From Octopus sinensis (Eukaryota): a DNA stretch of 64,000 nucleotides. This document shows positions 25,947 through 38,930 of the stretch, piece by piece. Both the position numbers and the translations under genes were made by a program. How positions within the stretch are numbered: the stretch's first letter is position 1; each line of letters opens with the position of its first letter. The stretch is taken from contig NC_043000.1 of the NCBI RefSeq assembly GCF_006345805.1, positions 4,030,001 to 4,094,000 on the forward strand, given 5' to 3'. Under the pieces are notes generated by a model that was not told where the DNA came from, searched no databases, and saw only the letters and a program-made list of their open reading frames with translations.

Positions 25947-26140
25947 TGCCGGCGGCACGTAAAAAGCACCCACTACACTCCCGGAGTGGTTGGCGTTAGG
26001 AAGGACATCCAGCTGTAGAAACTCTGCCAGATCAAGATTGGAGCCTGGTGCAGCCATCTGGTTCGCCAATCCTCAGTCGAATCGTCCAACCCATGCTAGC
26101 ATGGAAAGCGGACGTTAAACGATGATGATGATGATGATGA
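25947..26140 (+). mobile_element. RTE-tail element
   Basis: Canonical tail ending in (GAT)n. Confidence 0.85.
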
Positions 26141-26277
26141 AGATGGTGTCTGTTTCTGTATTCAGATCCATGAAATATATCCACTGTCTGTGGTCTGGAC
26201 TAGGTGTTTGTGATTTCAGGAATGACACTGGAACATGTTTGTATGGGTTCATTTATGTGTCTGTTGCACTTAGCTCT

Positions 26278-26519
26278 CATCATCATCATCATCATCATCA
26301 TCGTTTAACGTCCGTTCTCCATGCTAGCATGGGTTGGACGGTTCGACCGGGGATCTGGGAAGCCAGAAGGCTGCACCAGGCTCCAGTCTTATCTGGCAAT
26401 GTTTCTACAGCTGGATGCCCTTCCTAACGCCAACCACTCCGTGAGTGTAGTGGGTGCTTTTTACGTGCCACCTGCACAGGTGCCAGGCGAGGCTGGCAAC
26501 GGCCACGGTCGGATTGGTG
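26278..26519 (-). mobile_element. RTE-tail element (young subfamily)
   Basis: Canonical tail; nearly identical to 51665-51900. Confidence 0.85.
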
Positions 26520-27394
26520 TTCATGGAAATAAGATGGTGTCTGTTTCTGTATTCAGATCCATGAAACATGTCAGTTCTTTAAGATCTTGGTGATGAATGT
26601 TTTTGTTCACCACAGTCCAAGTCGCTTTAGTGTCAGCTGCCCCCATCTGATTCATATATGGGAGGAGGCTACTGACATCAGACACTTAGAGATGCTTGTT
26701 GTCTTATCAGTATTTTTCTCCTCTTTCATTCTTAACCTTTACTTTTCTCCTCCTCTGGTTTAATTGTAATGCTGTTCAACTGTTGTGTGTCCAATGGTGA
26801 TGGAAAGGCCAACACTCTTACGCAGTACCAGTATTCCATTACCAATTCAGAGCAACTAAATTCATTTGGAAGTGATGTTGATATTTATGTTAACGAGGCA
26901 AAGTAAAGATCATTTGCATTTCTTTAAAGACATCGTTTACAGTCTGAATTATAAATTCATCTTTGTAATTTTTGGTTATCCTTGGCTGATGGTCATGTGA
27001 TGAAATCTATTTGTTGTGGCAAAGCAGAGAATGCACCACTCAAAAATTGCTGCCTATTACAAATCACTCATGTCTCAGGCACTAGGTGTTACGCTAACAT
27101 TGATCTGAAATGCACTGTAATATCAGTGGTTGCACTGAAGGTGAGATTTGCTGTGTCAGCATATTTCAAGTATTTTGCTTTTTTATTCAGGTAGGAAACT
27201 TTTACAAGAAGATTTTCCATCATGTTGTCTACATAGATATTTCTGCTTTCCATGGGCTCAGTGACTGTGTATTCTGAGTTTGCCTCTATTGGTGTTCATA
27301 ACCGTATGCTTGCAGTCTACAAGCTTTTTGTGGTCATCTATACATACAGGCATGTCCATTATAGGTGTCAGTGCCACATATAAATGGATTCATG

Positions 27395-27600
27395 CCAGTG
27401 TTGCATAAATGCACTCATGGCACATAAAAAGCACCCATCACGCTCTGTAAAGTGGTTGGCATTAGGAAGGGTATCCAGCCATAGAAACCATGCTACAACA
27501 GACATTTGGAGTCTGGACAGCTCCCGGGCTTGCCAGCTCTTGTCAAACTGTCCAACCTGTGTCAGCATGGAAAACAGACGTTAAACAATGATGATGATGA
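27395..27600 (+). mobile_element. Older RTE-tail element
   Basis: AGGAAGGGTATCCAGCC...CAGCATGGAAAACAGACGTTAAACAATGATGATG. Confidence 0.75.
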
Positions 27601-28398
27601 AATACATAGGAATAGCTCAGTCTTATTCTGCAATGTTGGATCCACCTGCGTAAGGCATTTGACTTCTGTGTCACCTGAAAGGTACACATAAATCCTAGTT
27701 TTCTCATAACGAGAAAACTTCAAAGTGTCTTTCTTTTGAAGTTTAAAAAAAAACTGAAATTTATCAACATGTAAAAGGTACAAAACAGACTTGTGAAAAT
27801 GCATTTTAAATCTGATAAACTTCTTTCTTTCTTTTATTTTTATTTTTTACTATCTTCTTGGTTAGCTGTTTCTGTTAAAGATCAATAAGGATAATTATTT
27901 CATTCCTTTTAGTAAAAATTCTTCTCAGGTAAATATTCTAACAATTTCTCTTCATTAAGTTTATTTTAAACCACAACTATCTAATAATAAGTTTCTGTCT
28001 TCTTAGAACTATTTTGACAATGTTCAAAATTATCCTTCCCTGATAAAGTTTGGCTCTCGTTAAGATTCCATTGTTTCTCTCATTATTGCTCCATCTTCGT
28101 CTACTCCTCCACTAGTTAAGATAACAGACTGCTTGCCAAAGCTGCAGATGGCATATAATTGCTGCTTCAGAAAAGAATTGTAGTTTAAAGAATCCAAAAT
28201 AAATTTAATGAATATTTACGCCATTCCTTTGATTTTGTTATTAGTTCATTGTAATTTTTCAGCTAAATTGCATGTATCAACTTTACAAGGTAGGCCAGCT
28301 CCTCTCAACATCCATCTGTCGCTTTATATTGGTGCTAACAGATGTGTTGGCTGTTTGTTAAATTAAACAAGCTGTGACACATTGGTCATCTCAGTGTA

Positions 28399-28441
<43 letters not shown>

Positions 28442-28451
28442 ATGTTTGAGA

Positions 28452-28790
28452 ACATGGCTGTGTGGTTAAGACACTCGCTTTGCTGCCACTTGATTTGTTT
28501 AGAGTTCAGTCCCACTGCATGTCACCTTGAGCAAGTGTCTTCTACCATAATTCCAGACTGACCAACACTCTGAATGAATTTGGTAGGTGGAAACTGTTGG
28601 TATGCCTGTCATATATATGGCTATATGTGTGTGTATTTGTGTTAGATCCCTCTCCATCATTTGACCACTGGCATTGGTTTGTTTACATCCCCCATGATGT
28701 ACCAAGGTTGATTTGTTCAACTAAACCCTTCAAGATGGTGACCCAGTATGGTTGCAGTCTAGTGACTGAAACAGATAAAAGATACCCCTC
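28452..28790 (+). mobile_element. Old SINE family B copy
   Basis: TGGCTGTGTGGTTAAG...CCTTGAGCAAGTGTCTTCT. Confidence 0.65.
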
Positions 28791-28810
28791 TTCTATTCAT
28801 CTTTATTTTC

Positions 28811-29813
28811 ACAAAACCAGAAACAGCTGTAAATTAGCACACTTCCTGCACAAAACCAGAAACAGCTGTAAATTAGCACACTTCCTGCACAAAACCAGAA
28901 ACAGCTGTAAATTAGCACACTTCCTACACAAAACCAGAAACAGCTGTAAATTAGCACACTTCCTACACAAAACCAGAAACAGCTGTAAATTAGCACACTT
29001 CCTACACAAAAACCAGAAACAGCTGTAAATTAGCACACTTCCTACACAAAACCAGAAACAGCTGTAAATTAGCACACTTCCTGCACAAAACCAGAAACAG
29101 CTGTAAATTAGCACACTTCCTGCACAAAACCAGAAACAGCTGTAAATTAGCACACTTCCTACACAAAAACCAGAAACAGCTGTAAATTAGCACACTTCCT
29201 ACACAAAACCAGAAACAGCTGTAAATTAGCACACTTCCTGCACAAAACCAGAAACAGCTGTAAATTAGCACACTTCCTGCACAAAACCAGAAACAGCTGT
29301 AAATTAGCACACTTCCTGCACAAAACCAGAAACAGCTGTAATTAGCACACTTCCTGCACAAAACCAGAAACAGCTGTAAATTAGCACACTTCCTACACAA
29401 AACCAGAAACAGCTGTAAATTAGCACACTTCCTACACAAAACCAGAAACAGCTGTAAATTAGCACACTTCCTACACAAAACCAGAACAGCTGTAAATTAG
29501 CACACTTCCTGCACAAAACCAGAAACAGCTGTAAATTAGCACACTTCCTGCACAAAACCAGAAACAGCTGTAAATTAGCACACTTCCTGCACAAAACCAG
29601 AAACAGCTGTAAATTAGCACACTTCCTACACAAAACCAGAAACAGCTGTAAATTAGCACACTTCCTACACAAAAACCAGAAACAGCTGTAAATTAGCACA
29701 CTTCCTACACAAAAACCAGAAACAGCTGTAAATTAGCACACTTCCTACACAAAAACCAGAAACAGCTGTAAATTAGCACACTTCCTGCACAAAACCAGAA
29801 ACAGCTGTAAATT
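28811..29813. repeat. 39-bp minisatellite, about 26 copies
   Basis: Unit ACAAAACCAGAAACAGCTGTAAATTAGCACACTTCCT(G/A)C, with rare 1-bp indels. Confidence 0.97.
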
Positions 29814-30844
29814 ACTATTCTTCCTGCACACACCATACATTACACAGCAAACAATACAAGAAATGTTAAATGGATTGTTTGGGCCTCGGTTATTTTTAGA
29901 AAGCGTGTTTAAAATGCTATAAGCTGGTTACAAGACAAAAGTAAAGACATTTCAGAGTTTTTTTCCCTCCAAGCCAATTAATTTGGTAACCTTGCAGAAG
30001 CTGACTTCTGCCTGCTGAAAGTTTCAAAGACAAGAAGTAACATTTTGTACTTTACTACTTTTTATACTTAGGTCTTTTTTTTTTTCCTTATTTCTTTATT
30101 GTAGTCTGTCAATTTCCTTTGCCCAGTTTGTGAAAGCTTGTCTTATCCTCTTAAATCTTTGAGCTTGTTAAACTTGTCTTCACCTTTTACAGCTGATTTA
30201 TTCCTGTTAAAAGCAACTGTGTATTTATCACTGTTGTGGTTGGTATCGCTTACCTTCATCTTAATTTAGGCTACAGTTTGTTTATTGCTCGTTTTATATT
30301 TAGGCTGGTTTGTATGGTGCTTTGAGGAGCACTTTAAACTGTTATTGTATTGTTGCTGTTTTATTTTAAATAGATAATGTGGATTACGGTGTGGAGGGGG
30401 AAAAAAATATCAAGATATTTTTAATTTATTGTTCCTCTAAGTTAAGCTCACCAAACTAAAAATAAGTGACTTGACAAATCTTAGATGTTGCCATCAAACT
30501 ATTGCAGTTATTGATTTCTGTTCCAGTTTAGCATATCATCATCACTTTTAGATAACAGACTAATTTTTTTGTTGTTGTTGTTCTTTATTTTTAGACTGAC
30601 CTTTTTTTATTATGTATTTCAATGCTGACCTTCTTTCACTTCAGTGGTGAGTCTGGTAGAATGGTGGTGGTTGTGGTGTTGAGTTCCATTAAGCTATCTC
30701 ACCTTTCTATTGCCTGTGGCATCACCAAAATGAAGGACCATAAAAAAAACAGTCTATTAAATGTTTAAATAATAATGGAATAATCTAAAAAATTAAATAG
30801 TATTTTATGAAGAGATAATTCTTTTATATATATATATATATGTA

Positions 30845-31600
30845 TAATATCTCTATAAGATGCACCAAGTGTAAGCTATGGACACATAAGAGGTGCAGCA
30901 ATGTGAAAGGAAGGCTAACTAGGAAAATAGTTTTTGTCTGTGGCAAATGCTCAGGAGCAATAAACACTGGAAATATGCAGAGACCAACTTCTGCCACGTT
31001 CCAGGGAGACAAACTAGAAATAGTTGATAGCTTCCGCTACCTAGGAGACCAAGTCAGTAGCGGGGGTGGGTGTGCTGAAAGTGTAACTGCTAGAGTAAGA
31101 ATAGCCTGGGCAAAGTTTAGAGAGCTCTTACCCCTGCTGGTGACAAAAGGCCTCTCGCTCAGAGTAAAAGGCAGACTGTATGATGCATGTGTACGTACAG
31201 CCATGCTACATGGTAGTGAAACATGGGCCGTGACTGCTGAGGATATGCGTAAGCTCGCAAGAAATGAAGCCAGTATGCTCCGATGGATGTGTAATGTCAG
31301 TGTTCATAATCGTCAGAGTGTAAGTTCCTGAGAGAAAAGCTGAACCTAAGAAGCGTCAGTTGTGGCGTGCAAGAGAGACGGCTGCGCTGGTATGGTCATG
31401 TGACAAGAAAGGCTGAAGATAGTTGTGTGCAAAAGTGCTACACCCTAGCAGTGGAGGGAACCTGTGGAAGAGGTAGACCCAGGAAAACCTGGGACGAGGT
31501 GGTGAAGCACGACCTTCGAACTTTAGGTCTCACTAAGGAAATGTCTAGAGACCGAGACTATGGAAGTATGCTGTGCATGAGAAGACCCGGCAAGACTAGT
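30845..31600 (+). pseudogene. Reverse transcriptase C-terminal part of the RTE LINE (frameshifted near 31330)
   Basis: CTKCKLWTHKRC...CGKC Cys/His motif; LEIVDSFRYLGDQV, ARVRIAWAKFREL, LHGSETW, RRLRWYGHV and GRGRPRKTW motifs typical of RTE ORFs. Confidence 0.9.
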
Positions 31601-33496
31601 CAGGCCATACACCGTGGCCCCGACCTGGGATGTAGTCAGTCCTGTGCATACCTTCCTTCTTGTGACACTTATGAAGACCTGTTGAGGCAAGTGAAAATCA
31701 AATCAAATCAAAACAAATCAAAATAGATGAACATCAGTGGAATTGTATTCTTTGTGGTACCAGTGCCGGTGGCACACAAGAAAACCACCCAAACGTGGCC
31801 GTAACCGTACGCATCGACTGGCCTCCGTGCTGTGGGCACAACAAACACCATCCGATCGTGGCCGTTCGCCAGCCTCATCTGGCACCTGTGCCGGTGGCAC
31901 ATAAAGACACCATCCGAAGACCCAAACACCATCCGATCGTGGCCGTTCGCCAGCCTCATCTGGCACCTGTGCCGGTGGCACATAAAGACACCATCCGAAG
32001 ACCCGGCGACGTAGTCAGTCCACCTGTGCATACCTTCCCTCTTATGACACTTGTGAAGACCTGTTGAGGCAAGTGTGTGACACTTGTGAAGACCTGTTGA
32101 GGCAAGTGAAAATCAAAAATCAAAAATCAAACCAAATCAAAATAGATGAATATCAATGGAATTTGTATCTTTGTGGTTCCAGTACCGGTGGCACACAAGA
32201 AAACCATCCGAAGTGGCCGTAGCTGGTACCGCATCGACTGGCCTCCGTGCTGTGGGCACAACAAACACCATCTGATCGTGGCCGTTCGCCAGCCTCACCT
32301 GGCACCTGTGTCGGTGGCACATAAAAACACCATCCAAAGACCCGGCGACGTAGTCAGTCCACCTGTGCATACCTTCCCTCTTATGACACTTGTGAAGACC
32401 TGTTGAGGCAGAGGCAAGTGTGTGACACACTTTGTGAAGACCTGTTGAGGCAGAGGCAAGTGTGTGACACTTGTGGAGACCTGTTGAGGCAAGTGTGTGA
32501 CACGCGTGACACTTGTGAAGACCTGTTGAGGCAAGTGAAAATCAAACCAAATCAAAATAGATGAACATCAATGGAATTTGTATCTTTGTGGTTCCAGTAC
32601 CGGTGGCACACAAGGACACGCGTGACACTTGTGAAGACCTGTTGAGGCAAGTGAAAATCAAACCAAATCAAAATAGATGAACATCAATGGAATTTGTATC
32701 TTTGTGGTTCCAGTACCGGTGGCACACAAGAAAACCATCCGATCGTGGCCGTTCGCCAGCCACATCTGGCACCTGTGTCGGTGGCACATAAAGACACATC
32801 CGAAGACCCGCGACGTAGACAGTCCACCTGTGCATACCTTCCTTCTTGTGACACTTGTGAAGACCTGTTGAGGCAAGTGACACTTGTGAAGACCTGTTGA
32901 GGCAAGTGAAAATCAAATCAAATCAAAACAAATCAAAATAGATGAGCATAAATGGAATTTGTATCTTTGTGGTACCAGTGCCGGTGGCACAAAGAAAATC
33001 ATCCGAACGTGGCCGTAGCCAGTACCGCATAGACTGGCCTCCGTGCTTTGGGGACGTAACAAACACCATCCGATCGTGGCCGTCCGCCAGCCTCATCTGG
33101 CACCTGTGTCGGTGGCACATAAAAACAACATCCGAGCGTGGCCGTCTGCCAGCCTCGTCTGGCACCTGCCAGCCTCATCTGGCACCTGTGTCGGTGGCAC
33201 ATAAAAACACCATCCGAGCGTGGCCGTCTGCCAGCCTCGTCTGGCACCTGTGTCGGTGGCACATAAAAACACCATCCGAGCGGGCCGTTCGCCAGCCTCG
33301 TCTGGCACCTGTGTCGGTGGCACATAAAATCACCCACTACACTCTCGGAGTGGTTGGCGTTAGGAAGGGCATCCAGCTGTAGAAACACTGCCGATCTGAC
33401 TGGCCTGGTGCAGCCTTCGGGCTCCCAGACCCCAGTTGAACCGTCCAACCCATGCTAGCATGGAAAACGGACGCTAAATGATGATGATGATGATGA

Positions 33497-33497
<1 letters not shown>
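30845..33497 (+). mobile_element. 5'-truncated RTE-clade LINE with a tandemly amplified 3' UTR
   Basis: RT remnant followed by repeated UTR modules and the canonical tail ending in (GAT)n at ~33497; abuts (TA)n at the 5' end. Confidence 0.9.
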
Positions 33498-33537
<40 letters not shown>

Positions 33538-33546
33538 CTGTATATA

Positions 33547-33800
33547 CAGTCGTGGCCAAAAGTTTGGAGCATTTTTAAAAATTAAAATTGCTACACCCAA
33601 GTACAATTTGATTCAACTATATACAACGTAGAAACATACTTACCTAATAACTGATCCAATGGTCTAATTATAATTTTCAGACCTGTGCTCCAAACTTTTG
33701 GCCAAGTAATAATATATTGCAAATTAAATATAACTTTGGGCATTTAATATAAAAATTCTAATTTTCACATCTATGATCCAAACTTTTGGCCACAACCCTG
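33547..33800. mobile_element. Tc1-type MITE with an extra internal TIR
   Basis: TA-CAGTCGTGGCCAAAAGTTTGGAGCA left end; inverted copies at ~33684-33706 and ~33774-33800. Confidence 0.75.
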
Positions 33801-33809
33801 TGTGTGTGT

Positions 33810-34000
33810 ATTAGGGAGTTGAACTTATGACCATGAAATCGTGGGTTTGACTCATGGACCAGGTGATGTGGTGTGACCTTCAGCAAAATATTTCATCTCC
33901 TGTTGCTCTACAATCACTTCATCTGACGCGTGGCACACCTGTGCCCCTGTGCAAGCAATGTCAATTTGATGGAGAGATTGAACTCACATGCACCACGAAC
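33810..34000 (+). mobile_element. Degenerate SINE family C-like copy
   Basis: GTGACCTTCAGCAAAATATTTCATCT...GCTC motif. Confidence 0.5.
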
Positions 34001-34061
34001 ATTTCATCATCATCATATAGTGTCTGTTTTCCATGTTAGTATGGGTCGGATGGTTTGACAA

Positions 34062-34288
34062 AAGGCGGCGAGCTGGCAGAAACGTTAGCACGCCGGGCAA
34101 AATGCGTAGCCGTATTTCGTCTGCCGTTACGTTCTGAGTTCAAATTCCGCCGAGGTTGACTTTGCCTTTCATCCTTTCGGGGTCGATAAATTAAGTACCA
34201 CACTGGGGTCGATGTAATCAACTTAAACCGTTTGTCTGTCCTTGTTTGTCCCCTCTGTGTTTAGCCTCTTGTGGGCAGTAAAGAAATA
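34062..34288 (+). mobile_element. Full-length SINE family A inserted into a minus-strand RTE-tail element (34005-34450)
   Basis: 10-bp TSD GGTTTGACAA at 34052 and 34289. Confidence 0.9.
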
Positions 34289-37189
34289 GGTTTGACAACA
34301 GCTGGGCAGCTGACCTGGTGCTTTTACACAGCACTTTACAGACTTGGTGCTTTTACTCAGCACTGGCACAGGTGCATTTACGCAGCTTTTTATGAGTGCT
34401 TTTTATGTGGCACCAGCACCCACGAGTCTGCAAAGTTAGGAATGCTCAGCTGGAGACACATGCAAGGAACAAACCTGTATGCAAGGACAACCACACTTTT
34501 ACTTAGCTTGATATGTCTTTTCAAGCACAGCAAACCACCTGGAGCCCTCAGTCCCCTGTCATCCCCTCATGAATCCCAACATTCATAGATCCTTTCTCAT
34601 CGCATAAGTCCTCTGTGTAAGTCGCTCAGCAGGAAATGGCAGAGCTGTCTTTCTAAGAACAAGAGACCAGTGTGTGTGTGCATGTAAATGTTTTTAATCT
34701 TGTGTTTTTAAAGCCAAAACAATGCAGTTTATAAGAAATAATACAAGTCAATGGTTTGTATTTTTACCTTGTATTTCAATATTTCACAGTTAGGAAATCT
34801 TCAGGTATGTAGACCAGTTAGAACTGGTCCATATGAATACAAACCATTGATCTGTATTACTTCTTATAACTCACATTTGTTTCGCTTTAAAATAATTTTT
34901 TTTTAATTAAAAACATCAGTAATAGACAATGCTTTATGCAAACTGTGATACTTTAACACACACACACAAGCATACATAAAAAACATATTTTCTAAAAGTT
35001 ACAAAATCTTCCAAACTTTATATAGTTACATTTTCAGATCTATTTTAATGGACATAGTTTGTCAGTTTTACAATCTTAGTGACAACCATGATTTCATTTC
35101 ACATTTTTTTTTCAAATCTCATTCCTCGTAAATTTTTGAAAAAGAAACTTTTCTGTGTGATGGACATTGTAAGTTATTGTTATTGTAATTCATCAGACAT
35201 ATCTCATTTCATATACACACACACACGCGTGGGTATATCTGTAGAAAGAGGGAGAGAGTTAATGTGTTATATAAATTGTGTATGTATGTGTGTAAAAGAG
35301 AGATAGTCAATATGTGTATTATATAAAGTGTCTGTATGTGTGTGTATAGAAAGAGAGAGAGAGTCAACACATATGTATGTATGTATTTATTTATTTTTTA
35401 ATTTTTTTTATTTATTTATTTATGTGTGTATGTCTTTCCTTTCCCCTGAGAAAGATATAATACATCTGTTTTGTTGTTCATTTAATTGTTGTAAGAGAAT
35501 GTTTCACGATATTTCAAATTTAAATTATTATTGTTTTTTTTTTTTTTTTTCTTTCTTTGTCATGTTTTGTTTAATATTCACATGAATTATGTAGTACCAT
35601 TGTCGCTGTTTTATTTCAAGTCAGATCTCATTCCATTTCTGACAGACTGGTATAATGGTTTATAGGATACCAAAGTAGTAAATTATGAAAGAATACATGA
35701 GCATATTTCATGGGAATGCTTTAGAAGATTTCAGATTAATCTGCAGCTGATGTCATTTATTAAGTCAGGCAATGCTAAAACTTTCTGAATCCCAGATATT
35801 AAAATACATGTGAATGAATTTAAAATTCAAAAAGTAAAAAAATGATATAATGATATAAACTAGTCATTATCTTTAAACAAAAATGTGAATGAACAAGAGA
35901 GGAATATTATAATGTTATATTTAATAAATCAGTGATAATGATAATGGAGCCGAAGAGAAAATGAACAAGCCTGGTGTGTTTTTTGATTATTTTTTATGAA
36001 CAATTATAGTCGATAAAGATTTATATGAATATTATGTATATATTTTTTTTTTAATATTTCTTGTAAAATTTAATGAAATTCAGTTATTTGAGTCAATTTG
36101 TCTGTGAAGACAATTTCTGGTCAGTGAAGGATAAAATTTGACAAATCTGCATTGAGAAACTGTTACATCTTGCCTTAGGTATCAATATTCTCGCTGTGTA
36201 GACTCATTATTTCGCTTTCATGTAATTCTAATAGCCAGAAACATTGCCAAACCAAGTTGGAAATCATTTGGATTTCCACTGCTCATTGAACATTCTCGTT
36301 AATTACCTAATCTGAAGTATAATTAGGAACATCCTTTAACACACGCATACATGTTTTGTGATGTGTTTGTGCATGTGTATGTATCTACATGTGTGTGGCT
36401 TATGTGTGTTTGTATGTGTCTACATGTGTGTTTGTATGTGTCTACATGTGCGTGATGTGGTTGGTATGTTTCTTTTGTGCCATGTGTTTGCATTTTGGTT
36501 TGCGTACGTGTGATGTAGTTTGTATATGTTTGTGTATAGTGTGGTAAATATACGTGTAGAGCATGTCATTTATGTATTTATGTATTTGTCTATATTCTCT
36601 TTGTGTATGTGTGAATGTGTGTGCTTGTGTCTGTTGTCTTGTATAAGTAAACAACTAAATACTATCAGTGCTACAAAGGTCTTCCTCTCTACACTGACTA
36701 AGGAAGTAAAACTATTCAACACATTTACTGGTGCAGAATTATCTTCTCATCAATCGCTCTATTCTGCTTTTGCAATTATCACCAAAGCACTGCTGGATAT
36801 CTGAAGCATCTCGGCTTTCTTCAACCAACTGACGACCACCATCATCACTACCCCGACCACAGCCAATGTGATAATACTGCCACCACCAACACCACTACCA
36901 TCACCATTGTCCTCATTGCAAAATGCACACAACCACTTTGTTACTTTAAGTATTATATTAATAAATGCTTTTTTTCCCTCACCTTCTCTTTTGTGTCTGT
37001 AGTGGTTGAAATTATAATCTCTTACAATCAAAATACTAATATGGTATTTCTGGTTTACTGTACTTTACCTACCTAATGCTAGCTCTTCTATGGGAACCAA
37101 TACAATGTTAATAGTAGGATACAAAGGACATCTGTCTGTCTATGCTATTTATTCATAAGGTGATTATTTAATCTCTATTAACATAAGTG

Positions 37190-37415
37190 GAAGTGCATGG
37201 CTTAGTGGTTAGGGTGTTGGACTCATAATTGTAAGATCGTGGTTTCAGTTCCTTAACCAGGTAATGCATTGTGTTCTTGAGCAAAACACTTTATTTCACA
37301 TTGCTCCAGTCCACTCAGCCGGCAAAATGAGTAATCCTGCAACGGAGCAGCATCCCATCCAGTGAGAATATATATGCCACAGAATCTGGGACACTGGCCT
37401 GAGCCTTTGGCTCTG
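37190..37415 (+). mobile_element. SINE family C
   Basis: TGGCTTAGTGGTTAGG head; GTTCTTGAGCAAAACACTT...GCTCCAGTCCACTCAGC. Confidence 0.8.
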
Positions 37416-37460
37416 AAAGGACCTCTGATTGCTTTTATTTTTTTAATCTTATTAACAATA

Positions 37461-37630
37461 GGCACAGGAGTGGCTGTGTGGTAAGTAGCTTGCTTACCAA
37501 CCACATGGTTCCAGGTTCAGTCCCACTGCGTGGCACCTTGGGCAAGTGTCTTCTACTATAGCCTCAGGCCGACCAAAGCCTCGTGAGTGGATTTGGTAGA
37601 AGGAAACTGAAAGAAGCCATCATATATATG

Positions 37631-37661
<31 letters not shown>

Positions 37662-37861
37662 ATATGTTTGTGTGTCTGTGTTTGTCCCCTTAGCATTGCT
37701 TGACAACCGATGCTGGTGTGTTTACGACACCGTTACTTAGCGGTTTGGCAAAAGAGACCGATAGAATAAGGCTTACAAAGAATAAGTCGTGGGGTCGATT
37801 TGCTCAACTAAAGGCAGTGCTCCAGCATGGCCGTAGTCAAATGACTGAAACAAGTAAAAGT
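37461..37861 (+). mobile_element. Full-length SINE family B
   Basis: Same architecture as the other family B copies. Confidence 0.9.
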
Positions 37862-38130
37862 GTAACATAAAGCATTGTGCCGTTCAAGAGAATGGAGATT
37901 AATAGATTTTGCCACATTGTTTAGAATTTCTATTCAGTCCATATTCTTTCATTATCCTTGACTAGAACCAACACTAGTTCACCTGTTGTTATTGTTGTTT
38001 AGCCCCTGGTCAGCTCTGGTTGAGCAAACCTATCATCAAAACTGTTCCAGCTATGAACATCCTGTTTTCTGTGTATCTGAAACTAAATTGCTCAAAGCAT
38101 GCTTTTGTTCAATATTTTTTTTTCTTTTAA

Positions 38131-38350
38131 CCCTTTAAACATTAAGATTATTCTGTCAAATAGGTTGCTTATTTATTTACATTGTTTTGAATTAATCATG
38201 CATTACCTTGTAGCTTCAGAATTTTGATGATTGATTGTTTATTTTTAGAGTGACATTGTAGGGTAGGTGTGATTGACCAGATCTGGCCAATTTAAACACA
38301 AAACAGGTAGAATATTTGGGCCAGATATGGATAGTTTAAATGCTAAAGGC
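38131..38350. mobile_element. piggyBac-type MITE (P1)
   Basis: TTAA flanks; CCCTTTA...TAAAGGC ends. Confidence 0.75.
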
Positions 38351-38930
38351 TTAAACAATATTGTATAACACATGGGAGATTTGCCTGCTATTTCTAGCAA
38401 ATTGAGTGATCACATAAACACTTCCTGATAGTGTCATGCTATCATAATTTCTTTGAAGTCAAAGGACTAGACTTGCATATCACAATGTTAACTAAGTTCT
38501 ATAACTCACCATTGAACACTATTCAATGGTAATAACTATCTAGATATCTTAAAAACTTCACAGTTGAGACTTAGACAAATTGGGCAATGACTTTTTTATT
38601 TACATTTTGATCTTATATGCCTTTATTTCTTAATTCATGGTTCTCCTTCTTCACAGTTGAACCCAAAAATTGCATACAACACTATAATGATCAGTGATAT
38701 CAAATCTACTACCTTGGAGCTGCACAATTAAGTTGTGTAGCGAATGGGAAGTCAGCCTGGTTGTAAGTTCATATAGTCTATAGTGTTATGTCCTAAGCAG
38801 TGGAGTACTAAAAGTTCTCAGAGTCCTAAGGATCAAAAGCATTTTTGATACTCTTTCCCCCGTTTTAATTTACAGACGTAATAGGCCATAGAAAATTTTG
38901 TACCCCTCTCATACCTTGAGAGGGGTACAA

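Larger units (their letters stand above)
25697..26570. repeat. 150-bp tandem repeat (about 3.5 units) interrupted by two RTE-tail insertions
   Basis: TGTGGTCTGG at 25701, 25851 and 26189; partial unit at 26520. Confidence 0.85.

Noticed and set aside
28811-29813. CRISPR-like or coding repeat (13-aa HKTRNSCKLAHFL ORFs)
   Set aside because: Units are contiguous with no unique spacers; ORFs occur on both strands and are broken by 1-bp indels
31660-32910. CTGTTGAGGCAAGTGAAA in the RTE UTR as a hammerhead core
   Set aside because: No NUH triplet with stem III and no stem I partner downstream of GAAA
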